The notes: generated by a model from the sequence alone, not told the origin. Counted from the first letter of the stretch, positions 18,674 through 29,611 are shown. The stretch: 32,000 bases of DNA from Candidatus Methylomirabilis oxygeniifera (GCA_000091165.1 FP565575.1:1920001-1952000); one strand, 5' to 3'. Numbers and translations: made by a program.

Positions 18674-19714
18674 CTACACATCGGCCTCCGTCAGCAGCTT
18701 ACTGACGAGCCTGGCCGTGCAATCGACCAGGGCCACCATGCGGTCATAGGCGATCCGTTTCGGGCCTACGATTCCGAGCACGCCGACGACATGATCTCCA
18801 CTCTTATACGGCGCGGCAATCAGACTAAGCTCGCGCATCTCTCTGACCTCACTCTCGCGGCCTATGATGACCCTTAATCCTTCTCGAGTCAGGCATTGAT
18901 CAAGGATCTTCACCAGCTTCGACTTTTCCTCGAAGGCCGCGAAGATATTCTTCATCTTATTGATGTCGGCAAACTCCGGCTGATGGGCGATGTTGGCTGT
19001 TCCTCCAATGCAGACATACCCCTCCTCACCCTCCAGCGTCTTGTTGCTGAGCTCCAGAGCGCGCAGCATCAGGCGATTGAACTCATCGCGTTCCTCGGCC
19101 ATCCGCGCAATAATCATGTTTCTGATCTCGTGAAGCGTCACCCCGCCCAACACACTGTTCAGGTAGTTAGAGATTCGATCCAGCTCCGGCTGCTCAATCA
19201 GCTCATCAATCGCAATGACCTTCTGCTGTACGAGTCCGGAGTCGGCCATAAGCACCACCAGAATCCGCTCTCGGTTGAGGTGGACAAAGTTTATGCGTCG
19301 CCACGTATTCTGCGCAAACTTCGGCGCAAGAACGACCGACGCATAGCGTGAGAGATCGGAAAGGATCCGGCTGACCCCCTGCACCAATTCTTCAGCCTCA
19401 CCGCGGCTGGGACGGATCCCCTGCTCGATTCGGCTTTCCTCTACCTTCGACAATCTTGGATGCTGCATGAGGCTGTCGACATAGAAGCGGTACCCGGAAT
19501 CGGTTGGGATCCTGCCGGCCGATGCGTGCGGTTGAGAGAGGTAGCCCACCTCCTCCAGATCCGCCATCACATTGCGGATGGTCGCGGGGCTGAGGTGGCC
19601 AAGGTGACGTCTGGCAATACTTCGGGACCCGACGGGTTCTCCGGAGGTGATATAGTCATGGATAATCACCTTCAGGATTTGACGTTCCCTTGGACTCAGT
19701 TCATGCGCTCGCAT
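18674..19714 (-). CDS. hrcA: Heat-inducible transcription repressor HrcA
   Basis: LSPRERQILKVIIHDYITSGEPVGSRSIARRHLGHLSPATIRNVMADLEEVGYLSQPHASAGRIPTDSGYRFYVD. Confidence 0.96.
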   Translation of the reverse strand: MRAHELSPRERQILKVIIHDYITSGEPVGSRSIARRHLGHLSPATIRNVMADLEEVGYLSQPHASAGRIPTDSGYRFYVDSLMQHPRLSKVEESRIEQGIRPSRGEAEELVQGVSRILSDLSRYASVVLAPKFAQNTWRRINFVHLNRERILVVLMADSGLVQQKVIAIDELIEQPELDRISNYLNSVLGGVTLHEIRNMIIARMAEERDEFNRLMLRALELSNKTLEGEEGYVCIGGTANIAHQPEFADINKMKNIFAAFEEKSKLVKILDQCLTREGLRVIIGRESEVREMRELSLIAAPYKSGDHVVGVLGIVGPKRIAYDRMVALVDCTARLVSKLLTEADV

Positions 19715-19754
19715 CGGTCTATGGACCCCCTTCCCCTTACTATGCTGTCAAGAC

Positions 19755-19782
19755 TTGACACTCTCTTGAGAGAAAGTGCCAG
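19755..19782 (-). promoter_or_regulatory. CIRCE-like inverted repeat upstream of hrcA
   Basis: - strand CTGGCACTT-N10-GAGTGTCAA, compared with CIRCE TTAGCACTC-N9-GAGTGCTAA; ~40 nt upstream of the hrcA start. Confidence 0.45.
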
Positions 19783-19866
19783 GATTCTAAAAAATCCTAA
19801 AGACAATTGGTCACTATTGTCAAGTGGATTTGCCGCCGGTCGCACGCCAGAGAACACGCTCCGGAA

Positions 19867-21060
19867 TCAGAGGAGCTGGACAATCAGTTCATTAGCTACG
19901 AGGAGGCCCCGCTCTGCGATCTGCACCCGCCCGTCTTTCAGGCAAAGGAACCCATCATCCAGAAGACGGGTGACCCGGTCGGACGCCGCGAGCTCTTCAA
20001 CGCCAAGTACATCCTTGAATGTCTGCACGTCCAGTCCGCTCCGAAGACGAAGCCCCAACATCAGCCGCTCTGACCGTAGCATCTCGGCGGACAGCTCTTC
20101 GCCACAGGCCACGGCTGTCTCACGCTCGGCAATGGCGGATACGTAGCGTGCCGGCAGCAACTCATTATAAAACCGACGTCCGGCAACGAATGAGTGCGCT
20201 CCAGCCCCAATACCGACGTATTCCTGATGTTGCCAGTAGACCAGATTGTGCCGACAACGAAAGCCCGGACGCGCAAAGTTTGAGATCTCGTAATGCTCAA
20301 AGCCGTCGTTACACAGCCGATCCACAGCCATCTGGTACATCATTGTCTCTGTTTCCTCGTCAGGTAGTCCAATCTCGCCTTTACGATGCTCCTGATAGAG
20401 AGGCGTCCCCTCTTCGAGGATCAGCCCGTAGGCAGAGACATGTTCAGGCTCCACACCAATGACCCAGTCAAGAGTTTCCGACCAATCGTCCATGTTCTGA
20501 CCGGGTAGACCGAACATCACGTCCAGGTTGATGTCGCCAAAACCGGCCTCACGCGCCATCCGGTAGGCCCGTTCAGCCTCGTGGGCAGTATGAGCGCGGC
20601 CGATCCGCTGAAGGAGTCGATCCTGAACAGCCTGAACGCCTATACTCAGACGGGTCACCCCGCCCTCTCGCAACGTACGAAGCTTTGGAAGGTCGACCGT
20701 CCCCGGGTTAGCTTCAAGACTGACCTCTGCACCGACTTCAAAGGTGAAGGCCGCCCGGCACTGGTCGAGGATGCCGATGAGTTGCGACGCGTGGAGTATT
20801 GAGGGCGTCCCGCCGCCGAAGAAGACAGAGCAGACCGGCCGGTGTCGAATGACGTCTGAGGAGGCGCGGTGCGCAATCTCTTGCGCCAGCGCCTCCAGAT
20901 ACTGCTCTATTTGAACATCATCGAATCGGTAGCTGTTAAAGTCACAGTATTGACAGCGCGACAGACAATAGGGGATATGGATGTATAGGCCAAAAGATGT
21001 TGAGTGTTGAGTGTTGAGTGTTGAGTCAACGGAGAGGCCGGCACTTGACACTGAGTTCAT
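19867..21060 (-). CDS. hemW: HemW-like radical SAM protein (oxygen-independent coproporphyrinogen III oxidase-like) with repeat-derived N-terminal residues
   Basis: LYIHIPYCLSRCQYCDFNSY (CxxxCxxC), VFFGGGTPS, ATG at 21058-21060 overlapping the lepB stop (ATGA). The open frame extends to 21114. Confidence 0.92.
   Translation of the reverse strand: MNSVSSAGLSVDSTLNTQHSTSFGLYIHIPYCLSRCQYCDFNSYRFDDVQIEQYLEALAQEIAHRASSDVIRHRPVCSVFFGGGTPSILHASQLIGILDQCRAAFTFEVGAEVSLEANPGTVDLPKLRTLREGGVTRLSIGVQAVQDRLLQRIGRAHTAHEAERAYRMAREAGFGDINLDVMFGLPGQNMDDWSETLDWVIGVEPEHVSAYGLILEEGTPLYQEHRKGEIGLPDEETETMMYQMAVDRLCNDGFEHYEISNFARPGFRCRHNLVYWQHQEYVGIGAGAHSFVAGRRFYNELLPARYVSAIAERETAVACGEELSAEMLRSERLMLGLRLRSGLDVQTFKDVLGVEELAASDRVTRLLDDGFLCLKDGRVQIAERGLLVANELIVQLL
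20999..21052. repeat. Heptamer cluster GTTGAGT x4 (20999-21026) plus CACTTGACACT (21042-21052) in hemW 5' end
   Basis: Direct reading. Encodes [10 protein letters not shown]. Confidence 0.95.
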
Positions 21061-21691
21061 CGCACCAACATTCCAATCCGCTCCCAGCGTGGCCTGAAGC
21101 GCTCGTGATCCCACGACCAGTAGATGATGAAGGCTTTCCCCCTGATCTTCTTCATGTCAAGAAGACCCCAGAACCGGCTATCCATGCTGTAGTCCCGGTT
21201 GTCGCCCATCATAAAGAGTTGACCCGGCGCAACAACGATCGGACCGAAACTGTCCCGAAGCGAGCCCGGATCCTCGAGGGTGGCAGGGTCCAGGTGAATT
21301 GCGTACGGCTCAGTCAGCGGCTTGTCGTTGATGTAGAGCTGTTTTTCCCGAATCTCTAACTTATCACCCGGCAGAGCAACAACCCGCTTGATAAAGTCTC
21401 TCCCCTCATCCTGGGGATACTTGAACACAATGATGTCACCGTGCTGCGGGTCCGTAAACCAATACAGGAATTTATTCACCAGAATGTGATCGCCGACCTG
21501 CAGCGTCTGAAGCATCGACCCGGAGGGGATTTTGAAGGCCTGAATCACAAAGCTTCTGATCACCAGCGCCAAGATAATGGCAATGATGATGGCCTCGGCG
21601 TACTGGCGAAAGACCGACTTCTCCGACTTTACGCCTGACTGTGAGGCTCGCTCCTGGCCTTCCTTTATCGTCTCATCCGACGTCGGTCGCG

Positions 21692-21695
<4 letters not shown>
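21057..21695 (-). CDS. lepB: Signal peptidase I
   Basis: [30 protein letters not shown] (catalytic Ser), [41 protein letters not shown]. The ATG at 21695 overlaps the lepA stop. Confidence 0.95.
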
Positions 21696-23500
<1,805 letters not shown>

Positions 23501-23509
23501 GTCGATAAG

Positions 23510-23537
23510 CCTTCAGCCGTCAGCCTTCAGCGTACAG
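23510..23537. repeat. Heptamer cluster CCTTCAG CCGTCAG CCTTCAG CGTACAG
   Basis: Direct reading, intergenic upstream of lepA. Confidence 0.88.
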
Positions 23538-23620
23538 CAAGAATGATGAGTGCGGGGCATCGAATGGCTCGGAAGGGAGGCGGCGCATCAGGAGCGCCCC
23601 CAGGGAAGGAGGAACGGCCA

Positions 23621-24598
23621 TCACCAGTCCCGATCCCCGACAAAATCGACCATCAGGACAAGCGAACGCTTGGCCGCCGAATCCGGAAAGATGCTCAGGG
23701 AAGCCTTGGCTTTCTTAAGGTAGGTACGAACGAGCTCCATCGTAGCCGGAACGGCGCGGTACCGTTCCACTATCGCCTTTACCTCCACCAGATCGGACTC
23801 TCCGATACTCTCCTGCGCAGCCAGTTCTCTGATCCTGCCCTGATCGGCCTCCGAGCCCGCTCGCATCACATGGAGCATCGGAAAGGTCACCTTTCCCTCC
23901 TTGAAATCGTTCCCCACGGGCTTACCCAGCCGGTCCTCCTCGGCAACAAAGTCCAGCGCGTCATCGACCAACTGGAATGCAATCCCCACATCCAGACCGA
24001 ACTCGGTCAACGCAGCCACCTCCTCCGGTTGTCTGCCGGCGATCAGGGCGCCGGTCCTGCACGCAACGGAGATCAGGGCAGCGGTCTTTGACGTGATGAT
24101 ATCCAGATACTCGTCGTAGGTGAGGTCGAGGTTTCCGGCCATCTGAACCTCGCGCACCTGCCCCTCAATCATTCGAACCGTCGCGTCGGCAAACGCTCGC
24201 ATGACAGCCAGGTCACCGTCGATCACCAGCATCTGAAGCGATCTGGCATACAAGAAGTCGCCGGCCAGCACAGAGATCTGAGAACCCCAGGTGCTATTCG
24301 CCGACGGTAGCCCACGGCGCTTGTCGGCACGATCGATAATATCATCATGGATGAGCGTAGCCGCGTGCATATACTCGGCCACCACCGCCAGATCGATATG
24401 ACGTGAACCGCCATTATAGCCACAGAGCTTGGCCGAGAGCAGCAGCAGCGCAGGCCGTACCCGTTTCCCTCCGCTCTTCAGTACGTACCGGATAATCTCG
24501 GAGATCAATTCCACATCGCCGCTGATGTCTTGGAGCAGCCGCTCTTCGACCAGGGCGAGTTCAGGAGCCACAGGAGAGAGAATCGTCTCGGCAATCAC
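23621..24598 (-). CDS. Trans-isoprenyl diphosphate (polyprenyl) synthase
   Basis: SGGKRVRPALLLLSAKLCG, LIHDDIIDRADKRRG, FQLVDDALDFVAEEDRLGKPVGNDFKEGKVTFP. Confidence 0.92.
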   Translation of the reverse strand: MIAETILSPVAPELALVEERLLQDISGDVELISEIIRYVLKSGGKRVRPALLLLSAKLCGYNGGSRHIDLAVVAEYMHAATLIHDDIIDRADKRRGLPSANSTWGSQISVLAGDFLYARSLQMLVIDGDLAVMRAFADATVRMIEGQVREVQMAGNLDLTYDEYLDIITSKTAALISVACRTGALIAGRQPEEVAALTEFGLDVGIAFQLVDDALDFVAEEDRLGKPVGNDFKEGKVTFPMLHVMRAGSEADQGRIRELAAQESIGESDLVEVKAIVERYRAVPATMELVRTYLKKAKASLSIFPDSAAKRSLVLMVDFVGDRDW

Positions 24599-24628
24599 GC
24601 GCGCACCTTTCTGTCAACCGGATCCGAC

Positions 24629-26329
24629 TCACGGATGGTAACGGCTAGAGTATAGGACATACCCCCCTCGCCTGTCCAAGGGGAAAATGTCCGGAATCTT
24701 TCGCAAGCGTGTCTCGGCGGCGGCCTTCGCGACGATGAAGAGTCGCTCGTGAGTCGCAGCCAGACGCTGAAACTCTGCTTCCTCGCCCTTCCTAACGATC
24801 GCAACCGGTCGTTCTGAGTAAAACACAAGGCTGGGCGCATTCAGGTCGTAGGTCACCACGAGGTCGACGGAGCGAAGCTCCCGCCTGGCCATAAGAGCGA
24901 TGTCACGGAGAGACTTCTGCATACTTTCCTGGACAGCCGGCGCAACCTGATGGACGGCCAGCACGATGCTCAGGATCATCGTGCCCGCCATCGCGGCCGC
25001 CGCTGTGTCCTCCCGCCCTCTCCGTCTGGCTGCTCCCGTGACTGTCAGTCCAGCCAAGAGGAGGACGGCCAGCGCATACGGTGCGAACCCAAAGTCGAAT
25101 GGGGGAATGTCCGGTGCCTCGCGGAGGCGGATGCGATCGGCAATCAATGGCAGGAAGAGGAAGATCGCGGCGAGCAAACAGGCCATTCCACCTATGAGCC
25201 ACTCGCCGGCCTTCGCCCATCGCCGGGCCGGCTGTCGTTCGTCGGGGACAGCTTCTCCCGCAGCCCCTGCCAACAGCGCGAGCGCAGGAACAGCAGGAAA
25301 AATGTAGGAGGGGAGTTTCGTGCGGGAGAACGAGAAAAACAGTACGACAACGCCGCACCAAAGCCACAAAAAGAGCAACAGCTCCTGCCGTCCGGTCAGT
25401 TCAGCGTGTAGTCGGCTTCGGATAGTCCAGAGCCGGCTAAAGGCATTGGGCAGCGTCCCGCTCCACGGGAAAAAACCGACAACGATCACCGGCAGGAAAT
25501 ACAGAGGGCTTCCGACATGGCTTGACACGACACCCAGGTAGCGGTTCAGGTGGTGTTGCACAAAGAATCCCTGAATAAACGCCCATCCATTCTCCCGCAG
25601 GACCAAAAGGTACCAAGGTAGCGCGATTACGGCAAACAGGCCGATACCGGGAAACAGGCGGAGCCTGGAAAGAGTCGCCCGGGCCTTTCTTCGAATGACC
25701 AGAAACAGGCCGATAATTAGTCCGGGGAGTAGAAGGCCGATCGGGCCCTTCGTGAGAACGGCGAGCGCCATCGCAAGATACCCAACAAAGAGGAGACGCT
25801 CGCGCGTCTTGTCCGTAGTCAGATAGATATCGAAAAAACTGAAGAGTACCCAGGTCATACAAAAGGCGAGCGTCATATCGGTGACCGCCGCCCGTGCCAG
25901 GATTACGGTCCCGACATTCGTGGCAAAGGCCAGAGCGGCAATACATGCGCCCCGTTGACCCAGCAGTTGTCGTCCGAACCGGTAGATCGACAGCGTCAGG
26001 CCGGTCGCAAAGACCGCAGACCAGAAGCGAGCGGCGTACTCGCCGATCCCGAATCCTTTGTAGGCCAGCGCGATCAACCAGTAAAATAAGATCGGTTTAT
26101 CAAAGCGGGGCTGAAAATTGAAGTGCGGCGTGATCCAGTCTCCCGAGATCAGCATCTCCCGTGCCGCCTCAGCGTAGGCCGGCTCGTCTGCGTCAAACAG
26201 CGAGAGCGAGCCGAGGCGATAGAAAAAGAGGAGAAGACACACACTGAAGAGAAGACTCCCCGCAGCAATTTCTCGAACCCAACGGCGGGAACCGGTGGCC
26301 GCAGGTATCGCCTTCTCAGGTGCGCCCAT
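24629..26329 (-). CDS. PMT/ArnT-like membrane glycosyltransferase
   Basis: LFFYRLGSLSLFDADEPAYAEAAREMLISGDWITPHFNFQPRFDKPILFYWL, many hydrophobic helices. Confidence 0.87.
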   Translation of the reverse strand: MGAPEKAIPAATGSRRWVREIAAGSLLFSVCLLLFFYRLGSLSLFDADEPAYAEAAREMLISGDWITPHFNFQPRFDKPILFYWLIALAYKGFGIGEYAARFWSAVFATGLTLSIYRFGRQLLGQRGACIAALAFATNVGTVILARAAVTDMTLAFCMTWVLFSFFDIYLTTDKTRERLLFVGYLAMALAVLTKGPIGLLLPGLIIGLFLVIRRKARATLSRLRLFPGIGLFAVIALPWYLLVLRENGWAFIQGFFVQHHLNRYLGVVSSHVGSPLYFLPVIVVGFFPWSGTLPNAFSRLWTIRSRLHAELTGRQELLLFLWLWCGVVVLFFSFSRTKLPSYIFPAVPALALLAGAAGEAVPDERQPARRWAKAGEWLIGGMACLLAAIFLFLPLIADRIRLREAPDIPPFDFGFAPYALAVLLLAGLTVTGAARRRGREDTAAAAMAGTMILSIVLAVHQVAPAVQESMQKSLRDIALMARRELRSVDLVVTYDLNAPSLVFYSERPVAIVRKGEEAEFQRLAATHERLFIVAKAAAETRLRKIPDIFPLDRRGGYVLYSSRYHP

Positions 26330-26981
26330 GCACAGGGGAGAAAATCGAAAATCGACAGGTAATCCAACCCGCCAGAAGCCCGATAGCGGCTCCGGCCACT
26401 ACATCAGAAGGGAAATGCTTGGCGAGATAGACTCTGGAGATGGCGACCAGGACGGCCAGTCCATAGAAGAGACACGCATACCTGGGATAGGTACGGGCGA
26501 GCACAAATGCGAGGGCGAAGGCGGTTACAGAATGGCCGGAAGGGAAAGAAATGAAGCCGGCGCCCTTCCCAAGGCAAGGAAAATTCACGAAAAACTGGCC
26601 CGACATTTCAGTAAAGGGACGGGATCGGCAAAACAGGTTTTTTAGGGTCTGGACAGAAAGGCTGCCGACGATCACCGCAAGCAATCCGAGTTTGCCCGCA
26701 ATCGCCTCTCGAGGTCTTCCAGCCTTCAGGCCGATGGCTAAAATGGTAGCCGCAATCGCGGCATCCGCGAGACCGTATCCCATCGCAGTGATCGCAGTCG
26801 CCACACGCCGCCCCCAATCGCTTTGCACCGACGGGATGAAACTCTCCACCGGACCGTCTATGTACCACACCAGGAAAGGCAACACGACGAACAACGCGAC
26901 AGCATAACCCAGCACCTTTCCGTCGACCGATCGGGCGGGAGATCCGGAGGACTTCGAGTCAACCTGTAACCGTGACATCAT
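26316..26981 (-). CDS. PAP2-family membrane phosphatase
   Basis: KNLFCRSRPF...PSGHSVTAFALAF...SRVYLAKHFPSDVVAGAAIG (phosphatase motifs). Confidence 0.88.
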   Translation of the reverse strand: MMSRLQVDSKSSGSPARSVDGKVLGYAVALFVVLPFLVWYIDGPVESFIPSVQSDWGRRVATAITAMGYGLADAAIAATILAIGLKAGRPREAIAGKLGLLAVIVGSLSVQTLKNLFCRSRPFTEMSGQFFVNFPCLGKGAGFISFPSGHSVTAFALAFVLARTYPRYACLFYGLAVLVAISRVYLAKHFPSDVVAGAAIGLLAGWITCRFSIFSPVHGRT

Positions 26982-26999
26982 TCTGTCTGTCCCCTCCCC

Positions 27000-27260
27000 T
27001 TACACCAGATCGCGCTTCTTGGCCTCGAACTCTTCCTTCTCAATCTCGCCGCGGGCATATCGCTTCTTGAGGATCTCTACGGCCGACTCCTCTGACGGTC
27101 GGACAGACCGGATCCCCGAACCGGCCTGCCAGAGCCAGCGAACCGTCAGCACCAACACCAGCAAGATGAGGAGCCAGAAGGCCGTTATCATCACCATCCA
27201 GAGGATGCCCCATCCCCAGAACCAGGACTCATGGCCCATTTCCTCCCACCGCATCATCAT
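27000..27260 (-). CDS. Small membrane protein with C-terminal SHOCT-like motif
   Basis: One TM helix followed by VEILKKRYARGEIEKEEFEAKKRDL. Confidence 0.82.
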   Translation of the reverse strand: MMMRWEEMGHESWFWGWGILWMVMITAFWLLILLVLVLTVRWLWQAGSGIRSVRPSEESAVEILKKRYARGEIEKEEFEAKKRDLV

Positions 27261-27706
27261 CGCGGCGCACTCGGTTCCACTCGCCGCTCCAACCCCCTCA
27301 GGCGGATAGCCTCTCCCAGGGCGATAAGGTGATCCCCGGCCTCAATCTTTTCATCTGTGGAGGGATTAAAGATCATGCCACCAGACGCTCGCTTGATCGC
27401 TACCACAATTACCCCCGGCTCCTGAGACAGCCCGGAGTCGCCCAGCGTAACCCCCTCGCCTGGAGACCCCGGCGGCACCACAATCTCTTCAAGCTGCAGT
27501 TCCAGGCTTTGATAGTGCGTGGCCAGCTCAATGATATCTACGACGGCGGGGCGCAGCGCCGCCTGAGCCATGCGGTGTCCCCCCATTGCGTAGGGCGAGA
27601 TGACCTTATCGGCCCCAGCATGGCCAAGAGTCCTTTCGCTCCGCTCCGTCTCAGCCCTGGCCACGACAAAGAGGGAGGGGTTAAGATCCTTGGCCGTAAG
27701 GATCAC
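27257..27706 (-). CDS. C-terminal half (RCK/TrkA-C) of a frameshifted K+ channel gene
   Basis: ILTAKDLNPSLFVVARAETERSERTLGHAGADKVISPYAMGG...PGSPGEGVTLGDSGL...TDEKIEAGDHLIALGE. In another frame from, and abutting, the upstream ORF. Confidence 0.8.
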   Translation of the reverse strand: MILTAKDLNPSLFVVARAETERSERTLGHAGADKVISPYAMGGHRMAQAALRPAVVDIIELATHYQSLELQLEEIVVPPGSPGEGVTLGDSGLSQEPGVIVVAIKRASGGMIFNPSTDEKIEAGDHLIALGEAIRLRGLERRVEPSAPR

Positions 27707-28257
27707 AAGACATTGTCCGCATCGACCGGCAGGGTGGCAAAGAGACCCTTGGCCTTCATCACCCCGGCAGCCAGAAGAACCTTCTCGTCGGTGGCATCCC
27801 CACGGAGCAACAGATGGCCCGCCTCCTCTACCTTGCGGATCCGCTCTTCCTTCCGCTCAATGACCACGAATGGAACAGGCTTTGAAGCCAACTCGCGGCA
27901 GACCACCTCTCCGATGCGACCATAGCCGCACACAAGATAGTGGCCTGCCAGGGCGCCGATCCTCTTCTCCATTCTCTTCCTCCCGAAGAACTGCTGAAAC
28001 TCTCCCTCCACGATTTTTGCGGTCACGGTTCCTGCCGTATAGAGAACCACTCCCAGGCCGGCGAACAGAAGTCCGATCGTGAAGATCATACCGGCCGGGC
28101 TCAAGGGTCTTATCTCGCGAAACCCCACCGTTGAGATGGTGATAATCGTCATATAGAACGCTTCAAGCCATGTATACCCCTCAAGGAAGCGATACCCCGC
28201 GATTCCTAGAATCACCACCACCGCGAGAAACAGTGCAGCGACCCCTAGCCTTGCCAA
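27703..28257 (-). CDS. N-terminal half (ion-channel pore + TrkA-N) of a frameshifted K+ channel gene
   Basis: AFYMTIITISTVGFREIRPLSPAG (TVGF selectivity filter), HYLVCGYGRIGEVVCRELASKPVPFVVIERKEERI, ends ...LPVDADNVL*. Confidence 0.87.
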   Translation of the reverse strand: MARLGVAALFLAVVVILGIAGYRFLEGYTWLEAFYMTIITISTVGFREIRPLSPAGMIFTIGLLFAGLGVVLYTAGTVTAKIVEGEFQQFFGRKRMEKRIGALAGHYLVCGYGRIGEVVCRELASKPVPFVVIERKEERIRKVEEAGHLLLRGDATDEKVLLAAGVMKAKGLFATLPVDADNVL

Positions 28258-28288
28258 GTGCGTTATCCCTTCGTCACTAAAATGATAT

Positions 28289-28879
28289 TTAGGGCTCGAT
28301 CTTGGAGCCTAGCAGGTTCAGAAACTTGCGCATCCACTCAGGATGACCCGGCCAGGCTGCAGCCGTGACCAGGTTGCCATCCACATACGCATTGGAGAAG
28401 GTAGCGTTCACCTCTTGCCACTTGGCGCCTGCCTGGATCAGCTCGGGTCTCACAGCCGGATAGGAGGTGCAGCGCTTGCCCTCCACGACGCCGGCCGCCG
28501 TCAACAGTTGCTGTCCATGACAGATGGAGGCGATCGGCTTGTTCGCCTTCGCAAAGTGGCGGACGATATCGAGCACCTTCTCATTCAGACGGAGGTATTC
28601 CGGTGAGCGCCCTCCTGGAATCACCAGGGCATCGTAATTCTTGGGTCTGATCTTGGCAAGCGTAGCGTTGAGGGCAAAGTCGTGGCCCCGCTTCTCGCTG
28701 TATGTTTGATCTCCTTCGAAGTCGTGGACGGCTGTCCGCACCGTGTCGCCGGCCTCCTTGCCGGGGCAGACCGCGTGGACCGTATGCCCCACCATGGTTA
28801 ACATCTGGAAGGGAACCATCGCTTCGTAGTCTTCAACAAAATCTCCCACCAGCATCAGAATCTTTTTCGCAGCCATCAT
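28289..28879 (-). CDS. DJ-1/PfpI family protein
   Basis: [21 protein letters not shown]...[16 protein letters not shown]...[17 protein letters not shown]. Confidence 0.92.
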   Translation of the reverse strand: MMAAKKILMLVGDFVEDYEAMVPFQMLTMVGHTVHAVCPGKEAGDTVRTAVHDFEGDQTYSEKRGHDFALNATLAKIRPKNYDALVIPGGRSPEYLRLNEKVLDIVRHFAKANKPIASICHGQQLLTAAGVVEGKRCTSYPAVRPELIQAGAKWQEVNATFSNAYVDGNLVTAAAWPGHPEWMRKFLNLLGSKIEP

Positions 28880-28906
28880 GCTCCTCCCTCTGGCTCCAGC
28901 ACCAAG

Positions 28907-29221
28907 CTAGGCGCCAGTCGGTGGCACAAAGCGCACCTGAAGTCCTCGACCCAACGCCCTGGCAATCTTATCCAAGGTCTCAATCGTCACGTTCTGCGCA
29001 CCGCGCTCGATTCGAGAGACCGTCTGCTGTTTGGTCTTGAGAGCATCGGCAAGTTCTCGCTGGCTCATCTTCCGCGCCTCGCGTGCCCGAGTGATTTCCA
29101 GCGCCACACGCAGCTCGATGTCAGCCTCCTCATAGAAACGCCGGAACTCAGGGTCCTTCATTTCGCCGCGCAGATACTGCTTCAGGGTCGTGCCACGCCC
29201 CCCTGCCTTCTTCCCCGTCAT
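28907..29221 (-). CDS. XRE-family HTH antitoxin (HigA-like)
   Basis: ITRAREARKMSQRELADALKTKQQTVSRIERGAQNVTIETLDKIARALG. Overlaps the upstream toxin by 4 bp. Confidence 0.85.
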   Translation of the reverse strand: MTGKKAGGRGTTLKQYLRGEMKDPEFRRFYEEADIELRVALEITRAREARKMSQRELADALKTKQQTVSRIERGAQNVTIETLDKIARALGRGLQVRFVPPTGA

Positions 29222-29586
29222 GTCTTACCTCCACATCGTTCCAACCAATCCGCACGAGCCGTACGTGCCCGGGTAATCGCCGACGGTGGAACTCGTCCCT
29301 CGTTCTTCAGTATGCCAATCGCGACAACGATGATTGATTGACCATGGAAGAAGTACAGCAGCCTGTGCTGATGCCGGTCTATCGCGACCCGGAGCTCGTA
29401 GATATCATCGCCAAGATAGTCGACCTGCGGACGCCTTGCCTGGTGGCCGGTATCCTCCAGATATTGCAACGCACGACCGATCTTCGCCCGATGTGCCGTG
29501 ACCTGCGTTCGGATGTAGTCCAATGCCGGCTCTTCCCCACGAAGCCGTCTTATAGAACTCGAGCCGATAGGCCATCGCTCGTACAA
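29218..29586 (-). CDS. RelE/HigB superfamily (phage Gp49-like) toxin
   Basis: KIGRALQYLEDTGHQARRPQVDYLGDDIYELRVAIDRHQHRLLYFFHGQSIIVVAIGILKNEGRVPPSAITRA, plus coupling to an HTH antitoxin. TTG start assigned, uncertain. Confidence 0.78.
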   Translation of the reverse strand: MYERWPIGSSSIRRLRGEEPALDYIRTQVTAHRAKIGRALQYLEDTGHQARRPQVDYLGDDIYELRVAIDRHQHRLLYFFHGQSIIVVAIGILKNEGRVPPSAITRARTARADWLERCGGKT

Positions 29587-29611
29587 TACAGCGTATAGGC
29601 TGTTATGTCAA
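29583..29611 (-). promoter_or_regulatory. Candidate sigma70-type promoter (TTGACA-N17-TATTGT) with central palindrome ACAGCgTATAgGCTGT
   Basis: Direct reading, immediately at the annotated higB-like start. Confidence 0.45.

Noticed and set aside
28907-29586. Toxin-antitoxin pair as a novel defence island
   Set aside because: It fits a standard HigBA-type module with a 4-bp overlap, and no other defence genes adjoin it.
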